Source: Burkholderiales bacterium | GTDB taxonomy: Bacteria; Pseudomonadota; Gammaproteobacteria; Burkholderiales; SG8-41 | Length of the DNA: 64,000 nucleotides | Assembly: GCA_964203275.1 (NCBI GenBank) | Contig: CAXNMF010000007.1 | Coordinates: forward strand, 84,405 to 148,404 | Direction of reading: 5' to 3' | Part shown: in pieces, positions 27,315-36,897 of the stretch | Layout: each line of letters starts with the position of its first letter | Numbering within the stretch: the stretch's first letter is position 1 | Program-made: the position numbers and the translations under genes | Notes under the pieces: generated by a model | The model's input: only the letters and a program-made list of their open reading frames with translations | Database searches by the model: none | What the model was told of the DNA's origin: nothing

Positions 27315-27353
27315 TAATTATAAATACTTGTTTTTATTGATATTTTATGAAAA
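27314..27353. repeat. AT-rich intergenic repeat, copy A
   Basis: ATAATTATAAATACTTGTTTTTATTGATATTTTATGAAAA fills the 30-bp gap between convergent genes. It contains the TAA stop of the minus-strand gene. Confidence 0.8.
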
Positions 27354-28559
27354 TGCCAGCCACTCCGGCTTGAACAACAACAGCGCCCCGATCAGCAGCA
27401 GCAACAGCCCGCCAATCAGGTGCGACCAGCGCGCATAGTTTCCGCTGAGTCCCGACACCTGCAAGGTCTTCATCGCAATGACGAAAATCAGCAAATCGTC
27501 CAGCATGAATATCAGAATGTAGAGCAGCAGATAGGCGTGGTACTGCCAGGTCGGCAATTGACTCATGGTGAGGATCTGCACATAAACCGCAGGGATGCCC
27601 GCTGAACAAACAAACTCGACGAGGTTCACCGCGATCGCGAGCAAAACAATGCCGAGCAGCGCCAACCAGAATCGCTGCTCCAGGGCGACCACACGCAACT
27701 GCGTCAGTACGCGCTGCCGCGAAGCGCTGCCGGTTACGCGGCACAAGGCCTCGGGATTCATGAAAAACTCGCGCAGGTAATACGCGCCGCCCGCCAGCGC
27801 GACCACGGCAACCGCAATACGAATCCACAGCATCATGCCGATGAACAACAGGAAGTTCAGCCATGCCGCGAGAAAGAGGTAATACACCGCTGCCGATGTC
27901 GCTATGAATGCAGAACCCAGCGTCCACATCCGCAAGCGGTCGGGCATGCCGACCAGCAGGCCCACCAGAAAAACCAGTGTCCACATCGCGCAGGGATTGA
28001 ATCCGTCGATACCCGCCAACACCACCGTGAGAACGGGCAAGGACAGTGCCGCAATATTGATTTCTCCGAGCAGCGGAACACGTATCGTCTTCGGCGGCGC
28101 CTGCACGGGCGCACGTTGCGCCGGCGGCAGCGCGGATTCCTCAAACAACGCCGCCGACAGATCAACGCAGGTCCTGCTGCGACAGGCCTCGATCGCCGCA
28201 ACAATCGCCGACCCTGTTGTGGCATCGTCGTCGTAACCCACCCAGTGCCGGTCACCGACAATCACCATCGGCACCGCCGGATTCATCACTGAAAAATAAT
28301 CAATCGCCCGGGAAAACGCTTCGCGATTGCGCGGCGACTCGTTGATTTCATATTCATGAAGCCGCAGCCCCGGATCACGGGCTGCCGCAGTCTGCAGGAA
28401 AGTGCGCGCCTTTTCGCAGTGGGGACAGCCGATACGCCAGAACACCTGCACCTCGACTGGTCCCGGCTGCGATGGCGGACTGGCGGGTTGCGCCTGCACC
28501 AGCCCCATCATGAGCAGCCACGGCAACAACCACAGCAGCAGTTGCGGTCGGCGCATCAT
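27345..28559 (-). CDS. Periplasmic thioredoxin-fold (CPHC) domain fused to a CcdA/DsbD-like polytopic membrane domain
   Basis: Signal peptide (..MGLVQA), WRIGCPHCEKA, then about 6 hydrophobic helices with GFNPCAMW and a later VCSAGIP. Confidence 0.7.
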   Translation of the reverse strand: MMRRPQLLLWLLPWLLMMGLVQAQPASPPSQPGPVEVQVFWRIGCPHCEKARTFLQTAAARDPGLRLHEYEINESPRNREAFSRAIDYFSVMNPAVPMVIVGDRHWVGYDDDATTGSAIVAAIEACRSRTCVDLSAALFEESALPPAQRAPVQAPPKTIRVPLLGEINIAALSLPVLTVVLAGIDGFNPCAMWTLVFLVGLLVGMPDRLRMWTLGSAFIATSAAVYYLFLAAWLNFLLFIGMMLWIRIAVAVVALAGGAYYLREFFMNPEALCRVTGSASRQRVLTQLRVVALEQRFWLALLGIVLLAIAVNLVEFVCSAGIPAVYVQILTMSQLPTWQYHAYLLLYILIFMLDDLLIFVIAMKTLQVSGLSGNYARWSHLIGGLLLLLIGALLLFKPEWLAFS

Positions 28560-28564
28560 TTCAC

Positions 28565-29269
28565 CTAATCCAGAAATGTTGCGTATTCACTGAGTGCAAT
28601 ACGCTCCGGCTGGAAAGTATTGACGACCGCCTCACCGTCGGCGTAACCCAGCGCCATGCCGCAGATCACCACCCATTCATGGCCGAGCCCGAGTTCACGT
28701 CGCACTACATCCGGATAACTGGCGATCGATGCTTCCGCACAGGTATGCAGGCCGCGCGCCCGTGCCGCCAGCATCAGCGTCTGCAGAAACATGCCGTAGT
28801 CGAGCCAGCTGCCCTTCTCCAGTTTGCGATCAATCGTAAATATCAGCCCGGCCGGCGCACCGAAGAAGGTGTAGTTGCTCGCACGATAGGCTTTTGATTT
28901 TTCGTGGTCACCCTTGCCGATACCCAAGGTTCCGTACAAGCCCCAGCCGCAGGCGCGGCGACGCGCCAGGTACGGCTCAAACACCGGATCGGTGTAGTAA
29001 TCGTAATCCCGTTGATGACCGGGCTCGTCGTTGAGAAACGCGTTTTGAATCGCCGAACCGACGCGTTTCAGCGTCGATCCCGTCAGCACATGCACGCGCC
29101 AGGGCTGGATGTTCGAACCGCTTGGCGCATGGCGGCCGAGTTCGACAATTTCGCGCAGTACGGCAGGAGGCACCGCATCGGTTTTATAGGCGCGAATCGA
29201 ACGCCGAGTAAGCGCAGCCTCAAAAACGTCCGCAGCAGATTGACTGAGATCGGTCATTTGCAATTCCAT
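28565..29269 (-). CDS. Nitroreductase-family NAD(P)H flavin oxidoreductase
   Basis: RRSIRAYK...HAPSGSNIQPW...GMALGY pattern. Separated by 5 bp from the downstream gene. The start could instead be the Met at 29257. Confidence 0.85.
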   Translation of the reverse strand: MELQMTDLSQSAADVFEAALTRRSIRAYKTDAVPPAVLREIVELGRHAPSGSNIQPWRVHVLTGSTLKRVGSAIQNAFLNDEPGHQRDYDYYTDPVFEPYLARRRACGWGLYGTLGIGKGDHEKSKAYRASNYTFFGAPAGLIFTIDRKLEKGSWLDYGMFLQTLMLAARARGLHTCAEASIASYPDVVRRELGLGHEWVVICGMALGYADGEAVVNTFQPERIALSEYATFLD

Positions 29270-29360
29270 TCAGGCGGTTAACAGAATTCATGTTAGCAAA
29301 CCGCAGCAACGGCAAGCGATTGACCGACACGCGCGGCTTCGTCACACTGCCAGAGCCGCC

Positions 29361-30524
29361 ATGAACACCCCTACCTTCCGCACCGGACTCGTCTTTGCCC
29401 TGCTGCAGCTGTTCTTCACGCTGACATGGACGGTATACGTGATCTTCCTGCCGCGCCTCGCTGCTGAAGCCGGCATCCCGAAATCATGGATCATCTGGAT
29501 CCTGGTCGCTGATCAACTGGTGTTCGTTGCGGCTGACTGGGCCATGGGCGTCAAGGCCGACCGCAGCGCACGCATTGTCGGCAGGCTCGGCCCGCAGATC
29601 GGCTTGATCACGCTGGTCTCGGCACTGGCCTTCCTCGCGCTGCCGCTGGTCGCACCGAACGGCAGCCCGCTATTGTTCCTTGCCCTCACATTTGTCTGGA
29701 CCATCACCTCATCGGCTTTGCGCGCACCACCGCTGGTGCTGATCGGCAAATACGCGGCAACCGGCGCCAAACCGTGGCTGTCGGGGCTGTGGTTGTTCGG
29801 CCTCGGCATTGCCGGCGCCATCGCGCCGTATCTGACCGGTGTATTGCGCGATGCGGATCCGCGCCTTCCGTTTGCGCTGGCCTCCATCGCTGTCGCGGTT
29901 GCCGCTTGGGCCATGACCTGGGCGGAGCGCAACCTTGCCGCGTCGGCCCCAATGGAAACGACGCCACCCGCAAAGCCGTTGTCGATCCCATTCTTCCTGA
30001 TCATCGTCGCACTGGCGGGGCTTGGTTTCCAGATTCACTTCTCGCTGAACTCGGCACCGCAGTATCTCCGCCATGCCTCAGCAGCAGATCTCGGCCACCT
30101 GATGCCGTTGTTCTGGGTAGGTTTCAATCTGGCAATGCTGCCGCTGACGTGGATCATCCGTCGTCATGGCGATTTCAAAGTACTCGCCGCAGGCGCCGTC
30201 GTCGGCGCAGTGGCAGTGCTGTTTTCAGCGCAGGCTGGTGCACTGCAGCCATTGATCGCCGCTCAGGTCATTGCCGGGGCTGCATGGGCGGCCGTGATGT
30301 TCGGCGCATTTGGTGCCGCAACCGCGCTCGGTCACACCGGCCGCGAAGGTTTCAGCGCTGGCGGCATGCATTCCATGTTCGCGCTCGCGGCAATGCTGCG
30401 CATACTGGTCATTGCCACACAGCTCAATCAGGACAAGGAAATCATGCAGGCACTGACCTGGGCGCCGGCACTGTGCTGGGGTGCTGCCGCACTGCTGATG
30501 ATCGCGCGCTTACGCCGCGCCTGA
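29361..30524 (+). CDS. MFS-type transporter
   Basis: 387 aa with about 12 hydrophobic segments. No specific subfamily recognised. Confidence 0.75.
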   Translation: MNTPTFRTGLVFALLQLFFTLTWTVYVIFLPRLAAEAGIPKSWIIWILVADQLVFVAADWAMGVKADRSARIVGRLGPQIGLITLVSALAFLALPLVAPNGSPLLFLALTFVWTITSSALRAPPLVLIGKYAATGAKPWLSGLWLFGLGIAGAIAPYLTGVLRDADPRLPFALASIAVAVAAWAMTWAERNLAASAPMETTPPAKPLSIPFFLIIVALAGLGFQIHFSLNSAPQYLRHASAADLGHLMPLFWVGFNLAMLPLTWIIRRHGDFKVLAAGAVVGAVAVLFSAQAGALQPLIAAQVIAGAAWAAVMFGAFGAATALGHTGREGFSAGGMHSMFALAAMLRILVIATQLNQDKEIMQALTWAPALCWGAAALLMIARLRRA

Positions 30525-30809
30525 ACCAGCTATCAACGCCAGTTTTTCAGTTCGGCTCAACTGCTTGATCTGATACTCGCGCCTGCTGGCTGCAGAACGG
30601 TCCGCAGCAGCCTCCTGATACACCAGTGTTACCGGTCGTCGCGAACGCGTATAACTCGCACCCAGTCCATTGTCGGCATTGTGTTCGGCGATGCGGCGCT
30701 CAAGGTCGCGCGCAATGCCCGTATACAAGCTGTCGTCGGCGCAACGCACGATGTAAACCCGCCACGCATCCGCCGTCACTGCCGCCCCTTTTTCATTGGA
30801 ACTGCCCAT
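30510..30809 (-). CDS. GIY-YIG nuclease-family small protein
   Basis: WRVYIVRCADDSLYTGIARDLERRIAEHN...YTR gives GIY-YIG-like beta-beta-alpha motifs. Confidence 0.8.
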   Translation of the reverse strand: MGSSNEKGAAVTADAWRVYIVRCADDSLYTGIARDLERRIAEHNADNGLGASYTRSRRPVTLVYQEAAADRSAASRREYQIKQLSRTEKLALIAGSGAA

Positions 30810-30820
30810 CGAAGGCCCGT

Positions 30821-31384
30821 ATGATGCCGTCTATGAAAAATTTACGCCATCTGCTGCTCGTTCTGAGCCTTTTCGCCAGCACGGCCTTTGCCGCCGATCC
30901 CGCAAAAAATGTCTTCGGTGTCGAACTTGGCGCCCGTTTCAGTTTTCCCGCCTGCGAACGCGGCGAAGACGCACTGACCAAACGCCACTGTTACAACGCG
31001 AGGCATACCGTAAAAACTGCGTGGGGCACCGAGGAACAGCAATTGTTCTACCCGCGCACCGCCATCGTGCCCTACGCCCGCGGCGAACTGACGGTTGAAG
31101 TAGTGAAAGGCGTGATCGAAGCGATACACATCCACACCTGGGGAATCGAAGCGCAAAGCAACGCGCTTGACGCGCTCAAGAAGAAATACGGCCCGCCGGC
31201 ACGCAGCCACTCCGAAAAAATGAAAGGCCTGCGCTCGCGTTTCCCGGTGCAGTACGCCGAATGGGACACAAAAGACTACTCGGTACGATTTGTCGGGGTT
31301 GTGACGAGCGTCGACTGGGGACGCATCACCCTCGGCACGCCGGGTTATTTCCAGCTGCGACAGAAAAACCAGCCCGCCAAATAA
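30821..31384 (+). CDS. Secreted hypothetical protein
   Basis: The signal peptide MMPSMKNLRHLLLVLSLFASTAFA follows GAAGG. No family recognised. Confidence 0.6.
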   Translation: MMPSMKNLRHLLLVLSLFASTAFAADPAKNVFGVELGARFSFPACERGEDALTKRHCYNARHTVKTAWGTEEQQLFYPRTAIVPYARGELTVEVVKGVIEAIHIHTWGIEAQSNALDALKKKYGPPARSHSEKMKGLRSRFPVQYAEWDTKDYSVRFVGVVTSVDWGRITLGTPGYFQLRQKNQPAK

Positions 31385-31462
31385 CGCGCCCTTCGTAGTC
31401 CCCGCACAATACATCCACTACACTGAAGCCCTCTGCCGTTCTGCACGTATCCGCTCGATCCG

Positions 31463-32916
31463 ATGGTTGACCCCGCATTCCTTTCCGCGCGCGTCCTTGC
31501 CAGGCGCATCCGCAGCGGCGCACTCAGCGCCGCCGATGCGCTGGAAATGTACGTCGAACGCCAGCAGCATCTGAATCCGCGTTTGAACGCCATTATCGCG
31601 ACGGATCTTGCAAACGCCCGCAAGACCGCACGCGCAACCGATCGTCTGATCAAACGCGGCAGCAATCCCGGCCCGCTTGCCGGCGTACCCGTAACCGTCA
31701 AGGAGTCCTACGACTATGCAGGTCTGCCGACGACCTGGGGTCTGGAGCGGCATAAAAACAATATTGCCCGACAGCACGCAGTGGCCGTGCAACGCCTGCT
31801 TGACGCCGGAGCAACGGTATGGGGAAAAACCAACGTACCGGTGCTGCTGGCCGACTGGCAAACCCACAATCCGGTTTACGGCACCACCCACAATCCCTGG
31901 GACACTAGCCGCACCCCCGGCGGCTCCAGCGGTGGCGCTGCGGCTGCACTTGCTGCAGGGCTGACCGGACTCGACTACGGTTCGGATATCGGGGGCTCGA
32001 TCCGCGGACCCGCACACTATTGCGGCATTTACGGACACAAAACCACCTACGGCATCGTACCAACACGAGGTCACGCGCTGCCCGAAACCTGGGCGCCGAC
32101 CGACATGTCGGTGCTGGGCCCCCTGGCGCGCTCAGCCGCTGATCTTGAGGTCGCTTTGCGCGTCACAGCAGGCCCAGATGTTGCCGATCACGCAGCCTAT
32201 CGCCTGAAACTGCCCGCCGCTTCCTTCCGTGACTTCGAAGGCTTCGAATCGCGCGTTCGCTCAAGCCGCGCTTTTCCACCAGCAGCGCGATCTCCGGGGC
32301 CATCAACAACCTCGCCGAATTCCTCAGCAAACGCGGGGCAAAGGTTGATTGGCAAGCGAAGTTACCCTACGCCTCCGCCGAACACGATCGTCTGTATGTG
32401 CTGCTGCGCCGTGCAGCGACTTCAATGCGCGCCCATGACGATGCTTCCTTCGCCATTTTGCTGCAGCAAAATGACACACTGGATCCTGCAGATCGCAGTT
32501 ATCAGGCCGAGCAGATTCGTGGCAATACCCTGTTTCACCGCGACTGGCTGCGCCTGAACAACGAACGTCATCGCCTGCGCGGTGCATGGGCGGAATTCTT
32601 CACGCGTTATGATGTATTACTGTGCCCTGCGGCCGCCACCACTGCCTTCCCGCAGAATGCGGCGGGGCAACGCTGGGAACGCGTCATTGATGTCGACGGT
32701 GCAGTCCAACCCGACACCACCCAGATCTACTGGATGGGCATGGCAAGCGTGTCTTTCCTGCCCGCCACCGTCGCGCCGATTGCCCGCGCAGCCGACGGCC
32801 TGCCGGTCGGCGTACAGATCATCGGCGCCCAATACGCCGATCTATCAACGATCCGCTTCGCACAACTGCTGGAGCGCGAATATTATGGCTTTGCGATTCC
32901 TGACGACTACCGCTGA
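31463..32916 (+). pseudogene. Amidase-signature (GatA-like) amidase interrupted by a single frameshift
   Basis: The N-terminal part (GVPVTVKESYD, GGSSGGAAAALAAG, GSDIGGSIRGPA) is in one frame. The C-terminal part (..AINNLAEFLSKRGAKVDW..GLPVGVQIIG) is in the frame one nt back. The junction lies near 32240-32250 and is consistent with a 1-nt deletion. Confidence 0.75.
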
Positions 32917-32926
32917 AGAGAACAAT

Positions 32927-33900
32927 ATGCACCGACACATGATCCAGATTGCCGCAGCAACACTGCTTGCACTGACTGCCGCATCAACATTCGCACAATC
33001 ATGGCCGACACGACCTGTGCGCATGATCGTACCCTACACCGCGGGAGGCGCCACCGATCTGCTTGCGCGCGCAGTCGGAGAACGATTGGGCACTGCCATC
33101 GGCCAGAGCATCGTCATCGACAACCGGCCCGGCGCCAATACCATCATCGGTTATCAGCTACAGGCATCCGCAGCGCCCGACGGCTACACGCTGATCATGG
33201 GCGGATTCAATGCACTCGTGATGAATCCGCTGCTCTACAAAACACTGTCCTACAATGTCGACCGCGACCTCGCCCACATCGGCCTGGTCGGCGTTTCGCC
33301 ATTGGTTGTTGCGGCACATCCTTCGCTGCCGGCACGCAATCTGAAAGAACTTGTGGCCTACGCGAAGAGCAACCCGGGGAAACTGAATTTCGCCTCCTCC
33401 GGAAACGGTAACCTGACCCACATCGCGGGGGAACTGTTCATGAGCATGGCCGGGATAACGATGCAGCATGTGCCTTACAAGGGCGGATCGGCAAGCATGA
33501 CCGACCAGCTCACCGGCGTCATCCAGCTCAAGTTCGACACGCCGATCACCGCACTGCCTTTCATCCGCGACGGCAAACTGCGCGCACTCGCTGTCACGTC
33601 AGGCAAACGCATGAGCGCACTACCAGATATTCCGACTGTCGCCGAGCAGGGCTACAAGGATTACGACGCGGCGACCTGGTTCAGTATCGCAACACGCAAA
33701 GGCACACCGCAGGGGTCATCAACAAGTTGAGCGGTGAACTCACCCGCATCGTCCAGCTTCCGGAAATGCGCACCCGCTTCGGCGCAGTCGCCATTGAAAT
33801 GGCCAGCGGATCACCCGACGAACTCGACCGGCTGGTCAAGCAGGATACGCAACGCTGGGCTGCCGTCATCAAAAAATCCGGCGTGACGCTGACACCCTGA
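32927..33900 (+). pseudogene. Bug/TctC-family substrate-binding protein interrupted by a single frameshift
   Basis: The reading frame stops at 33730 after ..TRKGTPQGSSTS. The conserved C-terminus (VINKLSGELTRIVQLPEMRTRF...WAAVIKKSGVTLTP) continues one nt back from the GGGG run at 33712-33715 and ends at 33900. Confidence 0.75.
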
Positions 33901-33966
33901 ATACTACCGTTCCCCGGCAATGCAGAGCGAGGCATAATGCAGCCTCATTTAAACAGAGGAAGCACC

Positions 33967-34311
33967 ATGGCAGCCATTACAACAGCAAGCGGTCTGATCA
34001 TCGAAGAACTCAATATCGGCACCGGCGCCGAAGCTGTCGCTGGCCAGTACGTCTCCGTGCATTACACCGGCTGGCTCACTGACGGCACCAAATTCGATTC
34101 CAGCAAGGACCGCGGTGACCCTTTCGAGTTTCCGCTGGGCGCAGGTCATGTCATCCGCGGCTGGGATGAGGGCGTGCAGGGCATGAAAGTCGGCGGCTCA
34201 CGCAAACTGACGATTCCCTCTGACCTTGGCTATGGTGCCCGCGGCGCTGGCGGCGTCATCCCGCCGAATGCGACGCTGGTTTTCGAAGTCGAACTGCTCG
34301 GCACCGAATAA
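33967..34311 (+). CDS. FKBP-type peptidyl-prolyl cis-trans isomerase
   Basis: [62 protein letters not shown] is canonical for FKBP. Confidence 0.9.
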   Translation: MAAITTASGLIIEELNIGTGAEAVAGQYVSVHYTGWLTDGTKFDSSKDRGDPFEFPLGAGHVIRGWDEGVQGMKVGGSRKLTIPSDLGYGARGAGGVIPPNATLVFEVELLGTE

Positions 34312-34338
34312 TCGGTCGCTGAAGGAGGAGATCACCCG

Positions 34339-35034
34339 ATGGGCAATCACGTCAAAATAAAATCCAGCAGCGGCGCCGGTGAGTTTGACTGCTACCTCGC
34401 GCTCCCGGCCGGCACCGCCAAAGCGCCGGCCGTCGTGATGGCTTCCGCAGTGCATGGCGTCAACGCCGACATCCGCGGCATCGCCGATGAGTTCGCCGTC
34501 AAAGGCTTCATCGCAGCGGCACCCGATCTGTTCTGGCGCACGCTGCCGGGACCGTTGCCACGAGACGATGAACGTGCCGGTCAGCGCTCGCAACCGCGCA
34601 TGCCAGTAATCAAGGCCGGTGAAACCGACATCGCCGATACGCTGGCGATGGTGCGCCAGTTGCCGCAACACAATGGCAAGGCCGCGACAATGGGCTTCTG
34701 CTTCGGCGGACCCTATGCCGTAATCGGACCGCAGCGTCTTGGATTTGATGCCGGCATTGGCTGCCACAGCACGCAGATGAAAGACTTCATAGAGGAATTC
34801 GAGGGTCTGAGCAAACCGGTCTGTCTGGTGTGGGGCGATCAGGATTTCGCTGCGCCGCCGGAGGTGCAGGCCGCCTATGTGGAACTCGCGAAAAAGCAGC
34901 CGAAACTGGCCGTACACATCTTCCCCGGCGTTTTTCATGGTTACATGATGCGCGAGAACACCAAAGCGTGGAGCCCGCCAACCTATGAATTCACCATGAA
35001 CCAAGCGCTCGACATCCTCAACAGCCTGCGCTGA
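34339..35034 (+). CDS. Dienelactone hydrolase-family protein
   Basis: 231 aa with GFCFGG at the nucleophile position and ..FPGVFHGY near the C-terminus. Confidence 0.8.
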   Translation: MGNHVKIKSSSGAGEFDCYLALPAGTAKAPAVVMASAVHGVNADIRGIADEFAVKGFIAAAPDLFWRTLPGPLPRDDERAGQRSQPRMPVIKAGETDIADTLAMVRQLPQHNGKAATMGFCFGGPYAVIGPQRLGFDAGIGCHSTQMKDFIEEFEGLSKPVCLVWGDQDFAAPPEVQAAYVELAKKQPKLAVHIFPGVFHGYMMRENTKAWSPPTYEFTMNQALDILNSLR

Positions 35035-35051
35035 TCCCGAGCCTGCAGCCA

Positions 35052-35084
35052 ATAAAAAAGGCCGCATCAGCGGCCTTTTTTATT
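35052..35084. terminator. Bidirectional intrinsic terminator between convergent genes
   Basis: AATAAAAAA-GGCCGC-atca-GCGGCC-TTTTTTATT, a GC stem flanked by A- and T-runs. Confidence 0.85.
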
Positions 35085-35095
35085 GGCACCACCGC

Positions 35096-36067
35096 TCACT
35101 CGGCTTTGATATTCGCTTCCTTGATCACCTTCGCCCATTTGTCCAATTCATCGCGCCAGAACTTCCCGAACTGCTCCGGTGTATTGCCCACCACATCGGC
35201 ACCCATGCCGACAATCCTGTCGCGAATTTCCTTTTCCTGAAGCGTCTTTGTGAAATCGCCATGGATCCGCGAAACCAGTTCCTTTGGCGTTGCCGCCGGC
35301 ACCACCAGCCCGAACCAGTTGGTCAGCGCGTAACCTGAAACGCCCTGTTCGGCAATCGTCGGCAGGTCAGGCAATGCTGCAACCCGTTTCGGCCCGAGTA
35401 TGCCCAGCGCCACCAGTTTTTTGTCACGGATATACGGCAGCGCCTGAAGCATGCTGTCGTAAGTCAGTTGCACATGCCCACCCAGCAGGTCGGCAAAACT
35501 GGGGCCGCTGCCCTTGTACGGCACGTGACGGATATTCACCCCGGCCAGCCGGTTGAACAGTTCGCCGCCGAGATGCGGCGCGCCTCCGGCGCCGGATGAC
35601 GCGTAAACAATTTCCCCCGGGCGCGATTTCGCCAATGCAATCAGCTGCCTGACATTGCGCACCGGCAGCGACGGATGCGCCACCATCACAAAATGCACGT
35701 CGACTACCTGCGTCACCGGCGCGAGATCCTTCAGCGGATCGACGGACATCTTCGAATAGAGGTGTTTGTTCGCCGCAAGATTGCCCAGCGTCGCAATCGC
35801 CCAGGTGTACCCATCGGGTGCTGAACGCGCCGTGAATTCAGTGCCGATGATGCCTGCCGCACCGGCACGATTCTCGACGATGACCTGCTGACCGTAATGC
35901 GCCGCCAGCCTGGGGCCGACCACCCGAGCAACGATATCGACGCCTCCGCCCGGCGGAAACGGCACCACAATCCGCACCGGTTTGGTTGGAAAATTCTGCG
36001 CCGTCGCCACACAGGACAAGGCCGCCAGCACCCCGCCCGTTATCACCCGCCAATTGCCTCGCACCAT
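35096..36067 (-). CDS. Bug/TctC-family substrate-binding protein
   Basis: Start at MVRGNWRV after GGGAGGA. Contains FPTKPVRIVVPFPPGGGVDIVAR and HVPYKGSGP. Confidence 0.9.
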   Translation of the reverse strand: MVRGNWRVITGGVLAALSCVATAQNFPTKPVRIVVPFPPGGGVDIVARVVGPRLAAHYGQQVIVENRAGAAGIIGTEFTARSAPDGYTWAIATLGNLAANKHLYSKMSVDPLKDLAPVTQVVDVHFVMVAHPSLPVRNVRQLIALAKSRPGEIVYASSGAGGAPHLGGELFNRLAGVNIRHVPYKGSGPSFADLLGGHVQLTYDSMLQALPYIRDKKLVALGILGPKRVAALPDLPTIAEQGVSGYALTNWFGLVVPAATPKELVSRIHGDFTKTLQEKEIRDRIVGMGADVVGNTPEQFGKFWRDELDKWAKVIKEANIKAE

Positions 36068-36087
36068 AACTCCTCCCTTGTTGTTAT

Positions 36088-36777
36088 TCAGACCGCGGGC
36101 TGCACAGCAGCCTTGTCGGCCATTACACGCTGCGCATGCCACGCTGTGGCCTTGATCGACGACCACACTGGCTTGCCGAATCCGCGCTCAAGATCATCAA
36201 GAATGTCTTTCGTCGGCAATTGGGAGCAGGCAATGAACATCGCATCCGCATCCGGCGTCATGGTCTCGTGCGCCAATGCAGTGATCTGCTGCTGCGTGAT
36301 TGCCGCCAGTTCATCGGTGGTCTCTGCCTTGAAGCTCTGCAGGCGGGTCACCGCAATGCCGGATTGCTGAAGATAGTTGCGCAAGCGTTCGTTGACCAGG
36401 TCGAGGTACGGCGTCACCACGGCAACACGCCGTGCGCCGATATGTTTGAGAACCGCAATCATGGCGCTCGCCGTCGTCACCACCGGTTTGCCGGTGATGG
36501 CGGCGAGTTTGATCTGGATTTCGGCATCCCGCGCCGGCCCGCCGATGAAGCCCGCTGCCGTACAGCCATAAGCGACGATGTCGGTTTGCAGCGGGTCATA
36601 GTTTTTCGCCAGTTCCAGCGCCTGTTCCACATAAGCAGGAATTTCCGCGGGACCGAGCAGCCCACTGCCGCGCGGAATACGCAGCGTATGGCAGGGCGAA
36701 TCATCGAGCCATGCGCGCAACTCCGGCTCCATGGTCGTGTTGTTGGCGGGCACCATCAGCCCCAGTTTCAACGGCAT
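36088..36777 (-). CDS. Asp/Glu/hydantoin racemase superfamily protein (maleate isomerase / arylmalonate decarboxylase-like)
   Basis: MPLKLGLMVPANNTTMEPE, with two candidate catalytic Cys blocks (YGCTAAGF; IACSQLPT). Confidence 0.75.
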   Translation of the reverse strand: MPLKLGLMVPANNTTMEPELRAWLDDSPCHTLRIPRGSGLLGPAEIPAYVEQALELAKNYDPLQTDIVAYGCTAAGFIGGPARDAEIQIKLAAITGKPVVTTASAMIAVLKHIGARRVAVVTPYLDLVNERLRNYLQQSGIAVTRLQSFKAETTDELAAITQQQITALAHETMTPDADAMFIACSQLPTKDILDDLERGFGKPVWSSIKATAWHAQRVMADKAAVQPAV

Positions 36778-36860
36778 TGATCCCTCCCCCAGCTATCAGT
36801 TTCGCAATGCATTCTAACCGCTGACACTCCACTTGCTCAGATACCGGCCACATTCAGCGG

Positions 36861-36897
36861 AATAACTATAACTAATTGTTTTTATTGTATTTTAATT
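36861..36897. repeat. AT-rich intergenic repeat, copy B
   Basis: AATAACTATAACTAATTGTTTTTATTGTATTTTAATT. The 23-mer at 36868-36890 is identical to 46407-46429. It overlaps the TAA stop of the AmiD-like gene. Confidence 0.85.

Noticed and set aside
27314-27353. The AT-rich repeat considered as a dif/XerCD-like site. TGTATATTTTATG loosely resembles the dif core TGTATATTATG.
   Set aside because: Only about 5 of 11 positions match in the XerD arm, and there is no XerC-arm match. Three copies within 20 kb are incompatible with a chromosome dimer-resolution site. The copies also do not fit sigma-70 -35/-10 spacing.
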